In this document: positions 43,208 to 53,822 of the stretch, in pieces
Layout of the letters: each line of letters opens with the position of its first letter
How positions within the stretch are numbered: the first letter of the stretch is position 1
From: a virus
Lineage: Duplodnaviria > Caudoviricetes
DNA length: 54,432 bases
Reading direction: 5' to 3' (one strand)
Virus record (IMG/VR): IMGVR_UViG_3300027777_000047
Span: 1 to 54,432 of that record
Made by a program: the position numbers and the translations under genes
Notes under the pieces: model-generated
What the model was told of the DNA's origin: nothing
The model's input: the letters and a program-made list of their open reading frames with translations, nothing else
Databases searched by the model: none

Positions 43208-44665
43208 TTAAGCAATATAGCTTGGATACCATTTTAAAGTAGCGCCATCATAAGTCATTGTTAAGGCTTTATTGACAACGGCTGTACCGGCAAGAGCAAT
43301 GTTTCCAGCAGTAGTCCAGGTAAACGCTCCAGTTGGAATTAGAACAATAGAGCCGCCAGCGCCAGCAAAGAAAGTGGGGACTATGGTGGCTACAGCAGTA
43401 GTTCCACTTACAAAAGTAATGGCTTTGGAAGGGGTAATTACTGTTCCACTTGCAATTGTAGGAGCAGCTGCATTGGTTCCAATTGGATCAGTAACCCTTA
43501 AAGCTCCATTAAATGTAGCGTCAAAACCATTCCAGTAGGCCCGTACATTCGCATCACCATCACTCAAAACAATAAAGTTATTTCCTGTTTGAGAAATAGG
43601 AGCAAATGTTCCGGTATAACTTCCAATAATTACATTCTTGGAGCCAGTTGTAAGACCATTACCAGAGTTATTGCCAATACCAACATTTTTATCGCCTGTT
43701 CCATTTTGAAGTGCGGACGTTCCTATTGCTGTGTTGTAACTACCTGCGGTATTGGTTCGATTGGCTGCATATCCAAATCCAACATTACCTGTACCGGTCA
43801 AATTGTTTTGTATTGCGTTATATCCAAAACCTGTATTGCCATTTCCTGTCGTAGCTGCATTTAATGCCAAATATCCCGCAGCCGTATTAAGGGATAATGC
43901 GCCATTACCCTTGCCAAACGTCAATCCTTGAATTGAAAGCTGGTTGGTAAATGTCGTATCTCCAGCAAATGTTTGAGTGCCAGAAAGTAGCGCTAAAGTG
44001 CCGCTAGCATCTGGAAACGTATAAGTGCGAGTTGTGGCAGTGGTAAGTCCAGCAGCTTCAAAAGTAGCTATTTTGCTTGCATCTACTAAATCGTAGATTG
44101 AGAAAACAGCGTCTGCAAAATTTGGTGGTCCTATTGCTTGCGCATATTTAACCAACATAACCGCACTTAGTAGAACTGCGCTTGTTGTGGTTAAGGTTGT
44201 TCCAGAAACTGTGTAATCAACACCAGGAACCTGGACAACGCCATTGATTGATACGTTGATGTTGTTTATAGAAACTGGAGAAGCGGTAAGCGTCCAGTTT
44301 GTTTGCGTTCCATTACCAGTAAAGACATCCGCATACATAGTTGCGTATACAGACGTAGCATACCCTGTGCCATTTATACCTGTGACGTAGTCCGCCGTGT
44401 AACCTACAGGATTGCCCACGGAATCAGTAAATACGAACTTATACGCTACGCTTTCAAGCAACCAAATTTCTTGCGGGGGGCGTCCGCCACTGTCCAGTAC
44501 TATGGGGTTGGCATTAGCCACGGTGCCGCTAACTGTGGTGTAGGTAGTGGCGGGGGTAGTGGTGCCTGCCAAGTACGTGTAGATGTACCCCCCTGCCAGC
44601 GGCTCCCCACTGTTATTGAAGGCTTGGTATCCACCACCGAAAAATGGAGAAAGGAGTACGGTCAT
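43208..44665 (-). CDS. Tail fibre / spike anchor protein (virion-binding N-terminus, Gly-Asn repeats)
   Basis: GEPLAGGYIYTYLAGTTTP...ANPIVLDSGGR; NTxxGYxA 14-aa repeats. Confidence 0.8.
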   Translation of the reverse strand: MTVLLSPFFGGGYQAFNNSGEPLAGGYIYTYLAGTTTPATTYTTVSGTVANANPIVLDSGGRPPQEIWLLESVAYKFVFTDSVGNPVGYTADYVTGINGTGYATSVYATMYADVFTGNGTQTNWTLTASPVSINNINVSINGVVQVPGVDYTVSGTTLTTTSAVLLSAVMLVKYAQAIGPPNFADAVFSIYDLVDASKIATFEAAGLTTATTRTYTFPDASGTLALLSGTQTFAGDTTFTNQLSIQGLTFGKGNGALSLNTAAGYLALNAATTGNGNTGFGYNAIQNNLTGTGNVGFGYAANRTNTAGSYNTAIGTSALQNGTGDKNVGIGNNSGNGLTTGSKNVIIGSYTGTFAPISQTGNNFIVLSDGDANVRAYWNGFDATFNGALRVTDPIGTNAAAPTIASGTVITPSKAITFVSGTTAVATIVPTFFAGAGGSIVLIPTGAFTWTTAGNIALAGTAVVNKALTMTYDGATLKWYPSYIA

Positions 44666-44688
44666 TTTCAAGGTTCCTGTTTGGGGGC

Positions 44689-44694
44689 ATTATA
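44689..44694 (-). promoter_or_regulatory. -10 hexamer for the tailspike operon
   Basis: GGCTATAAT on the minus strand, with AGGA RBS before the 44665 start. Confidence 0.5.
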
Positions 44695-44702
44695 GCCGGT
44701 GT

Positions 44703-46610
44703 TTAGGGCTTGGGTCTATTTTTCTTGAGCCAGCGTATAGCCTCTAGTGCGTCGTGCAGTGTGCTAGTGTCGTAGCCATCGGGGTTGCGCAATACATCTT
44801 TAACTTCGGGCACGCTCCACACCCCGCGCCGCACAGGTATGGCGGGGGCCAAGGTGGAATCGGTGTACTCGGGGGCGGCGGTAAACCATTTGGTCAAGTC
44901 TTTTAACTCTTTAGGGTCTGGCGGTACGCTGCGGATGTTAAATTTGTCTTTCCTAATTGGCCGGGGCGGTATGGTCTTGGTAGTAAGGCTGTAAATACCA
45001 AGCTGGTCTGCTATGGGTATGTCAAAAGTACCGGGGGCGTAGGCGTTACCCATGGGGTAGGGTGCATACTTGTTGGGTACGTCCATGGTTTGCTCAGAGT
45101 AGCGGGCGCGAGTCTCGCCTTTGTCGCCGTAGTAAATGCTAAGTGCCTCGTCACGTGAGGTGGGTATACCCCCAGCAACGCGGCTGCGCTTAATCCAATC
45201 GGCACTAGTGCCTATAGTAATGTTCTCGCCCTTAGCAACTCGGCCTTGGTCTATGGCGTGTTGAATCTCGTGCAGCATAAGGCCACGGCTGTAGTCGTCT
45301 TTATTTACATCTTCCCACGCTGCTTTGTTCATAACAATTTCATAGTTATTAACGTCGTGGTGTCCTGCAACACCCTGACCAAGCTCGGTTTGAGTGCCAA
45401 TTCTCACTTTGTAGTTTTTAAGTTCGGGGTGGCGGTAATACAGATTTGGATGGTGCAGCACCTCATTTAATGGTACCGCCTCGGAAGAAAGCATAGGGGC
45501 GTGCAAATCTTGTTCAGCGTCGTGAATAATTAAGTTAAAGTCGGCTTCATTGCCGCCCTTGTTTTCCACTTTCTGCATCAAGTCCCACGCTTTTTTGGTC
45601 TTAGGGAGTCGACCCTCCGTATAGGCTTGTAAGGCCTCTTTAGCGTCGTCTATTTTCTGTGCTACGTCTGGCCGCGCAGTGCGTATGGCTTTGTCCCCCG
45701 CCCAGACAGACTTAGTGTCGTCAATACGGATAAAGTGCCCCTCATCGGTCTTGTAGGTCTGGGTGGCTTTCCAAACCTCCTCGGGTGTCTTGCCCTGCCT
45801 AATAAGCCGGTCGTAGTCGCGCATCTCGTACTTGTCGGCGGGGCCCAGAATACCCCGCTGTGCTGCCGCACTACCCGCGCGCACGCTGGGGGCCTCAGCA
45901 ATAAACTTACCAAATTTAAGTGCCCTGCTTGCGATTGGTGCGGCAAACATGGCGGCATCTACAACGTCGGGTTTTATTTGTAAAGTCTCGCCACTGCCGG
46001 TAGTAAGCCGGTCGCCATACGCGGCACCCTTAACAACACGATCGGCGGCGGCGGCGGGCTCGGTAAGAGCGTCAACCGCAGGGGCCAACACGTCAGGTAA
46101 CAACGCCTTAACCGCTTTGCGACCCCCAGCCGTGCCTGCGGCCATTTTGTCGCCCAACCAATCTAGTACAGGGTATTTAGCTTGCCAAGCAGTAACCTCG
46201 GTAGTGCCCGCAGTGTGGTCAGGATTTACAGGGTGGTCTTTTTTCCATTGCTCAATGCGGGCAACGTAGTCTACAGTCTCTTTGGGCGGGGTGTCCTCCC
46301 GTTTGCGCTCAGCGGTAGGACCACGGTTGTAAGCCTTTAAAGCCCGTGTAGTGTCGCCGCCAAATTGTTTGTGTAGCTTGTCTAAGTACCGGGCCCCAAC
46401 GTCTAAGTTAACAGCGGGGTCGGCAACGTCGCTAGGCTCTAAGCCGTGAGCGCTGGCTACTATCTGCATAGGGCCAACGGCCCCTTTTTTAGACACCGCA
46501 CGGTCGTCCCCCGCGCTCTCCACTGCACGCACAGCGGGCAGCAACTCCTCCGGGAAGTCGTACGTCCGGGGGTGCTTAGCCATCCACGCGTCTAGGGCTT
46601 CTTTACTCAT
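44703..46610 (-). CDS. Virion protein: SLT lytic transglycosylase plus HExxH (LPD23-like) domain
   Basis: VESAG...SKKGAVGPMQI...AYNRGP...ETVDYV; VLHHPNLY..HPEL, LHEIQHAID, GETRAR. Confidence 0.8.
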   Translation of the reverse strand: MSKEALDAWMAKHPRTYDFPEELLPAVRAVESAGDDRAVSKKGAVGPMQIVASAHGLEPSDVADPAVNLDVGARYLDKLHKQFGGDTTRALKAYNRGPTAERKREDTPPKETVDYVARIEQWKKDHPVNPDHTAGTTEVTAWQAKYPVLDWLGDKMAAGTAGGRKAVKALLPDVLAPAVDALTEPAAAADRVVKGAAYGDRLTTGSGETLQIKPDVVDAAMFAAPIASRALKFGKFIAEAPSVRAGSAAAQRGILGPADKYEMRDYDRLIRQGKTPEEVWKATQTYKTDEGHFIRIDDTKSVWAGDKAIRTARPDVAQKIDDAKEALQAYTEGRLPKTKKAWDLMQKVENKGGNEADFNLIIHDAEQDLHAPMLSSEAVPLNEVLHHPNLYYRHPELKNYKVRIGTQTELGQGVAGHHDVNNYEIVMNKAAWEDVNKDDYSRGLMLHEIQHAIDQGRVAKGENITIGTSADWIKRSRVAGGIPTSRDEALSIYYGDKGETRARYSEQTMDVPNKYAPYPMGNAYAPGTFDIPIADQLGIYSLTTKTIPPRPIRKDKFNIRSVPPDPKELKDLTKWFTAAPEYTDSTLAPAIPVRRGVWSVPEVKDVLRNPDGYDTSTLHDALEAIRWLKKNRPKP

Positions 46611-47910
46611 ATTTACAGTGCTTAGCGTAGCCCATGGCATGTAGCTTGGGCAGGGTTTCTTCCAACTTCTCGCCTACGTCGTCGCGCAGTATGGGGTTGG
46701 CTACGTGTAGTTGTTTGGCGGTCTTGTAGGCGCGGTGCGCGGCTTGTTTTACGCTGTTGCCAAAGCCGGTAATCACGGCTACGTAGTCGCCAGCAGTGGT
46801 CCACATTTTGCGCTCAAGTACCTTGTCGCCCTCCATGTCAAATTGCTTGGTCATCTGCACGTTTTGGGGGTGTACGTGGGGGCGGTTGCCGCGCGTAATG
46901 CCGTATACGGGCACGCCAGCGGCGGCTTTAACGTCCTCAGTGTGAGGGAACTTACTATGTGCCAGCACCAAGCAGCAGCCAATGTCCTCTTTAAAGCTGG
47001 TAGTGTCCTTGCCGTCTATCGCGTCGCGCATCCAAGCAACGGGGTCTCCGGCGGTAGCGCCAAGCATCATATTGGCAATGGGCCAGCCAAAACGACAAGT
47101 CCATTCGGTAGGCCATGGCTTGCCTTTGTCGTCAATCATAAATCCAAGGGCCGTATCGCCAAGGTGGCCCAGTTTAAGCAGTTCGTCTTCTAGCTTGCCC
47201 AAGGTGTCTTTGCCCAGCTTGCTCTCGGGGGTAAAGTAGGCAATGGTGCCCATCTCGCCAGTGTTGGGTCCGTAGTTGCCGGACATTAGCTTTTTGTGCT
47301 CAAAACTTTCGTTGTACTGACCTACCCAGCCCTTGGACCCCAGAAACCGGGACACCCCCATCTCAATCCCCTCCACAAACGTCTGTAACATCACCTCCCC
47401 CTTGGGGGGCGGGGTGCGGCGCATCCAGGCTACTAGGTCCGCTGGACTCTTGCTTACGTAGGTAAGCGACTTGTCCTCGTTGTCGCCGAGAGTTTTGAAC
47501 ACGAACCTTTCTTCTGTCTTTAGGACGTGTTTTTCTGCCTCGGCCATCGTCTTGAAAGTCTTGTAGGGGACGCATTCTATACCTACTTTCTCCAACAGCC
47601 GCATACCCGTGGTACGGCTAACCTCTAACTTGGTACTTTGGATTGAAGGCCCAAAGTACGGGAACCCTTTTTTCTTAAAGAACTCCAGGCGTTCAATGTA
47701 GTCGTCGTTGCTGGTGCAAAATATAAGCTCTGCCCAGCTAGCGTGGGCCACCCAGTTGTCAACTTTCTGTACGCCTTTAAAGTCTTTGCCAAGGTCGGGG
47801 TGGTTAGCGGGGCGGGGCTTTACAAACCATTTAACGTCGTGTCCAGCGGCGGCGCTGTGCAGCACGTAGCTAAGGCCCACGCCGTCTTGGTCGACTATTA
47901 AAACTTTCAT
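46603..47910 (-). CDS. ATP-grasp ligase, PurD (GAR synthetase)-like fold
   Basis: FGPS....LEVSR, FVFK, LQTFVEGIE, EHKKL..GNYGPNTGEMG, EWTCRFGWP, TAGDYVAV, RDDVG. Confidence 0.85.
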   Translation of the reverse strand: MKVLIVDQDGVGLSYVLHSAAAGHDVKWFVKPRPANHPDLGKDFKGVQKVDNWVAHASWAELIFCTSNDDYIERLEFFKKKGFPYFGPSIQSTKLEVSRTTGMRLLEKVGIECVPYKTFKTMAEAEKHVLKTEERFVFKTLGDNEDKSLTYVSKSPADLVAWMRRTPPPKGEVMLQTFVEGIEMGVSRFLGSKGWVGQYNESFEHKKLMSGNYGPNTGEMGTIAYFTPESKLGKDTLGKLEDELLKLGHLGDTALGFMIDDKGKPWPTEWTCRFGWPIANMMLGATAGDPVAWMRDAIDGKDTTSFKEDIGCCLVLAHSKFPHTEDVKAAAGVPVYGITRGNRPHVHPQNVQMTKQFDMEGDKVLERKMWTTAGDYVAVITGFGNSVKQAAHRAYKTAKQLHVANPILRDDVGEKLEETLPKLHAMGYAKHCKYE

Positions 47911-47915
47911 TGTCG

Positions 47916-49832
47916 TTACTCCGCAGCCGGGGGTAGGTTGGTGTTGTTGCGTCCAAGTGTAGCGGCTGCCGTAGCCGCAGCGGCTTTAGCGGCCAGTGCG
48001 GGGTCAATTTGCTTAAGCTGTTGCAGTACGGTAGGGCTCGGCGCGCCCATGTACTGTTGGTACAGTTTGCTAGCCATTACTTTACGGGCCGCTAAGGGTA
48101 TAACAAGGCCCGCCCCGCCGCCTGCTAAGGCACCCATGGGCCCACCTACAGCGCCACCAGCCCCGGCCCCTAATGCCGCTGCCGACATGCTATGCCCCGC
48201 TTTTAGCACGGCCTGTCCAATTGAGCTATCGCTAGCGCGTAAGGCCGACTTGTTGCCTTTTTCCACGCTCTTAACGACGTCACCCATGGCTTCGTGAGCG
48301 TCTACAATTTTGCTCAAGTTGCCGGACAGTGGTGCGCCAGCATCGCGTAGTTTTTTCAGCTTAGCGGGGTCTACGTGGCCGGTCTGTAGGTTGGTACTTT
48401 CTTCAATGTTGTGTACCTTAGCCAAAGTTTGGCGCGCGGCTTTCCAGTCGTCAATCAAGGTTTTACGCGCGGCATTACTCTTCTCTTTAAGCAAACCGCC
48501 CTCTTTAGTAGGCATCTGGCCCATAGGGGGTGTGCCCGGTTGCACGCTGGGTGGACCCCCCAGCGTAGGCCGTGCCGGTGACGGTAAGCCAAGCGGAGTT
48601 TTGACAACAGGGGCAGTAGCCTCGCCGCCAATGTACATACTCTCGGTCAATTTGCGCTCTAAAAAGTCCTCTAGCGATGTGGCAACATTGCGCATCGCCA
48701 TGGCTTCCCTAAAGTCTTGGGGCTTAGCGCCCGCCCGTTTGGCTAGAGTAGACGCGTCTGCGCGCAAGTCGGCTATCTGCACCATTAGTGACGCTGGCGT
48801 GTGCGGCGCTTGGGGGTTGAGCATTTCTACCTTAATGCGCTCAAACTCAGGCGTGTAGTAGTAGCCCGGTGCTGCCTGCTTAGCGCGGGCTACGCTCTCG
48901 CTGGGTTTGTCGGCAACGTGCAGGGCGGTACGCAGTTCGGTATCGGGGGCAAGGTTAACGTCTGTAACCTTTTGCATGGCGGCGTACTTTTGCTCAGCCG
49001 CAGCTTTGACCTTGCCCAACTCCGCAGCATTAAGGTATTGATTTGGACCAAGGTTAACATCTTCTTTGGCGAGGCGGGTAGTATTACGCGCATTCTTTAC
49101 AGCAATTTCATCCGCTAATTTGTCTGCATTAGCCACGGTAGACATCACCGCATTGGATATACTGGGGTTGGCCTGCGTGGGTGGGGGCATGTAGCCGTCT
49201 TTAGTGGCACGCAAGGCAGCGTCTTGTTCTTGGGTAAGTACGGGCTTTGTTGCGCGTGCGCCCTTAAACCCTTTAGCAAGTCCTTTGGCCCCGTATAAAG
49301 AACCAACAAGCTCAATTGCGCGTTCTCCCAGTACGCTGCCAGCAGCGGCGGTTTTGGGGCCCACTAGCCCACCAATACTTTCGCCAGCTCGGCCCAGCGC
49401 GCCGCTTGCCATTTCAAATGGCTTGGCTATTGCAGCCTGCGTGGCCTGTCCAGCTTTGGTCTTAGGGGCGTAGGTCATCGCTTCTTGAACACTGCTCACA
49501 GTGTCTGCGCCTTCGCTTGCGGCTTGGTCTAGTGCGGCACCTACGTCGCCCCCCGTAGCTAGAGCCTTGCCACCACGCCACAAGCCTTTGCCAAGGGCCT
49601 CGGCACCGCCTAGTAAGCCCGCAACAGGCTGAGCAATAGCGCCCGTAGCCATGCTAAGGGCAGTCTCACCCACGGCCTGACCCACTTGCGTGGGTAGTCC
49701 TACCTTGGCTTTAGCACCGGCAGGGGCCGTAGCCTCACGCAGCATAGCGGTAAGGTCGGCAACGTCCTGTTGGTTGCCAGCTTTGTCGGCAGCGTCTAGG
49801 GCTTGGTACAGGGCATTTACATCTGCGGCCAT
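47916..49832 (-). CDS. Internal virion / DNA ejection protein
   Basis: Ala/Gly-rich helical protein of about 638 aa with GxxxG segments; third gene of a P22 gp7/gp20/gp16-like triplet by position. Confidence 0.65.
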   Translation of the reverse strand: MAADVNALYQALDAADKAGNQQDVADLTAMLREATAPAGAKAKVGLPTQVGQAVGETALSMATGAIAQPVAGLLGGAEALGKGLWRGGKALATGGDVGAALDQAASEGADTVSSVQEAMTYAPKTKAGQATQAAIAKPFEMASGALGRAGESIGGLVGPKTAAAGSVLGERAIELVGSLYGAKGLAKGFKGARATKPVLTQEQDAALRATKDGYMPPPTQANPSISNAVMSTVANADKLADEIAVKNARNTTRLAKEDVNLGPNQYLNAAELGKVKAAAEQKYAAMQKVTDVNLAPDTELRTALHVADKPSESVARAKQAAPGYYYTPEFERIKVEMLNPQAPHTPASLMVQIADLRADASTLAKRAGAKPQDFREAMAMRNVATSLEDFLERKLTESMYIGGEATAPVVKTPLGLPSPARPTLGGPPSVQPGTPPMGQMPTKEGGLLKEKSNAARKTLIDDWKAARQTLAKVHNIEESTNLQTGHVDPAKLKKLRDAGAPLSGNLSKIVDAHEAMGDVVKSVEKGNKSALRASDSSIGQAVLKAGHSMSAAALGAGAGGAVGGPMGALAGGGAGLVIPLAARKVMASKLYQQYMGAPSPTVLQQLKQIDPALAAKAAAATAAATLGRNNTNLPPAAE

Positions 49833-49833
49833 G

Positions 49834-51645
<1,812 letters not shown>

Positions 51646-51656
51646 ACTCGTATTCC

Positions 51657-52874
51657 TTATGCGTTAAACGCGTTGTACAGCGAACTTGCACCCTGCACAA
51701 GACCCCCTAAATTGCTGAGCGTGTTGCCTGCGTTAGTCACCGCGCCGGTAACGCCCGTGTTGCGTGCGTTGTTTTGCGCGATAGTGCCCGTAGCAAGAGC
51801 ACCTGCCATATCCTCTTGAATCTTAGCAATGTCGGTAGCGGCGGTGCCGCTGGCCCCAGACCCCACGTTAACCATGCCAGCTAGCGCACTCTGATTAGCG
51901 TTGCGGTTAGCTAGCCATTGGTTAAAGGCTTGGTTTTCGTACTGCGCGGCGTTGCCTTGACCAAACTTGGTCAAATCTGCTAGCGTGTTGGTGCCTAGTA
52001 ACCCGCCCTTGGCGGCGGCGGCATTCTGTATAACGTCGGCACCCTGCGCCTGCGCATTCAACATGGCGGGGCTATTCTGTGCGTCAGCCATCGTAAAGGT
52101 GCTGGCAAACTCGCCACCGGGGGCCACGCCAGCAGCCATGCGTTTTAGGGCGGGTTGTCCGGCGGTAATGTAAGGGTCAAGATACTGTTTTATGGTGCCT
52201 GTAGCCTCTTTTCCACCTGATAAAAGCTGATCTGTAGCCCTTTGAATAGCATCTGCCGAGCTGGCACCGCTGTACAAACTACCTAGTGTACTGAGCAAGG
52301 GCTGTGCGCTAGTGCCTATCTGGCTTAGCGCTTTGCCTACGTTGCCTAGGTTTACACCTGAGCTCATCGTATTCACTCCAGATGCAGCAGCTAAGGCGTC
52401 ACCCGTTAACGCACCCGACGCCGCCCCAGCAGCCCCAGCAGACCCCGGGGCCATGCCGGAGGCTACCATCTCGTTGACAGAGGTAGCGCCTGGAACCGCA
52501 GCGGCAGTAGTACCAGCACCAAATCCACCAGATATTGCAGCAGTTGTTCCAGCATCAGCAGCGGCAGTTTCAGCAGCCAATGCAGCCCCCGGAGCAGATC
52601 CAGCAGTTAACACGCTCGGTGCTAGGGCCTCCCCGCCACCATAGCCAGCAATAGCCTCGCCCACTGCGGCCTCCCCGCCACCACTAGCAGCGGCAGCGGC
52701 GGTTAGTTCTTCAGCAGTCATCGCAGCAGCGCCCTCAGTGCCATACGCAGCCAACAACTCAGGGGCATAAATTGCCGCCGCCACAACTGCTGCGGGAACC
52801 AGTACGGGCTTGATAACGTCATTATAAACGTCACCCAAAGCGTTTTGAATGGGCTCTAAAAAACTACATCCCAT
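51657..52874 (-). CDS. DNA ejection / pilot protein (P22 gp7-like)
   Basis: Gly/Ala-rich; LDPYITAGQ, QNAAAAKGGLLG..L..L.KFGQGNA.QY motif. Confidence 0.75.
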   Translation of the reverse strand: MGCSFLEPIQNALGDVYNDVIKPVLVPAAVVAAAIYAPELLAAYGTEGAAAMTAEELTAAAAASGGGEAAVGEAIAGYGGGEALAPSVLTAGSAPGAALAAETAAADAGTTAAISGGFGAGTTAAAVPGATSVNEMVASGMAPGSAGAAGAASGALTGDALAAASGVNTMSSGVNLGNVGKALSQIGTSAQPLLSTLGSLYSGASSADAIQRATDQLLSGGKEATGTIKQYLDPYITAGQPALKRMAAGVAPGGEFASTFTMADAQNSPAMLNAQAQGADVIQNAAAAKGGLLGTNTLADLTKFGQGNAAQYENQAFNQWLANRNANQSALAGMVNVGSGASGTAATDIAKIQEDMAGALATGTIAQNNARNTGVTGAVTNAGNTLSNLGGLVQGASSLYNAFNA

Positions 52875-53241
52875 GATGCGACCCTCTCTTTACTAGGAAA
52901 TAATCATGCTGGTCAGCTGCGTATTGCTCGTACCCAAACCGGAGTAGCAGATTTTTAATGCGGGCGTCATGTGTGGAGGCGTAAAGCCCCGTGCCCTTAA
53001 AGTTGCGCGTCACGGTCTGCATAGCTGCTGCCGTACCGCGCGTGAATTTATCAAACAGTAGCCACGCGCGCACGTTACCCGGTAGCCCATGGGGCTCCAA
53101 TACGATAATGGCAGCGGGGAATTCATGAACCTCTACTCCTTTGTCAACCATAGACAGGAACGCGTCTACTGACTGGCGTAGGGTTTCTCCTTCGTAGAAG
53201 CGACCTCTGCGTTTGAGTAACCAAGCGTTAAGGTTGCTCAC
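52864..53241 (-). CDS. GNAT-like protein preceding the ejection genes
   Basis: 125 aa with LLLRFGYE; position typical of the podophage acetyltransferase-like gene. Confidence 0.5.
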   Translation of the reverse strand: MSNLNAWLLKRRGRFYEGETLRQSVDAFLSMVDKGVEVHEFPAAIIVLEPHGLPGNVRAWLLFDKFTRGTAAAMQTVTRNFKGTGLYASTHDARIKNLLLRFGYEQYAADQHDYFLVKRGSHHGM

Positions 53242-53434
53242 TAGCCAGTACTCCTAGCTGCCGTACCTGATCTATAATCTCTTGCGTAACGGGGGTGAAC
53301 ACACCATCTACAATAACCCCGACTAAATTAAGTTGTCGGTCGGCCACTATACGCCCATCTACGCTTACGATACAGCCCGCAGGTACAGCACTCGGGTTAG
53401 TATAGCTTAAACCTGTAGTGGCTGCAACTTGCAT
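53228..53434 (-). CDS. Hypothetical protein (68 aa)
   Basis: TAATG-coupled ORF. Confidence 0.6.
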   Translation of the reverse strand: MQVAATTGLSYTNPSAVPAGCIVSVDGRIVADRQLNLVGVIVDGVFTPVTQEIIDQVRQLGVLASEQP

Positions 53435-53514
53435 TACACCAGACCAGTTTCGCCTTCGGCCTCAAAGGTCAAAGACGTAGCAGCACTTGCAATTGATGTT
53501 GTGGGCATTCCCAT
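53434..53514 (-). CDS. 26-aa mini-ORF (possible internally deleted gene)
   Basis: AAGGA RBS; MGMPTTSIASAATSLTFEAEGETGLV; its stop overlaps the next start. Confidence 0.45.
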   Translation of the reverse strand: MGMPTTSIASAATSLTFEAEGETGLV

Positions 53515-53550
53515 ATATTTCCTTTTATTCCAAACAGTTGTTAACTGCCA

Positions 53551-53820
53551 TTAAGCGTCTACAGCACCGTCAAATTCGGGCCGTTGTTTAATAATTACGT
53601 ACAAAGCAGCACGGTCTGCACCGGCAACGTATTCATTTCCAGCTACTTGCATCTTGCCTGCGCTCAAAGGCTGTTTGCCAGCATCACGGGCTTCTTTAGA
53701 TGCGTAGCCGTAAAAGGTCACTTCCGTACCTTTGCCTTTAAAGTCCTCTTGGACGGCTCCAATATTCCAGTAGCTGGCAGGAATGCCGTAGTCTGTGTCA
53801 ATTTCTTTTATGAGTGCCAT
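53551..53820 (-). CDS. Tail-fibre assembly / chaperone-like protein (89 aa)
   Basis: MALIKEIDTDYGIPASYW...YASKEARDAG...PEFDGAVDA; directly after the fibre stop. Confidence 0.7.
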   Translation of the reverse strand: MALIKEIDTDYGIPASYWNIGAVQEDFKGKGTEVTFYGYASKEARDAGKQPLSAGKMQVAGNEYVAGADRAALYVIIKQRPEFDGAVDA

Positions 53821-53822
53821 GA

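Noticed and set aside
46603-47910. purD auxiliary metabolic gene
   Set aside because: The substrate-loop motif is absent and the context is structural; reported instead as a ligase of unknown substrate.
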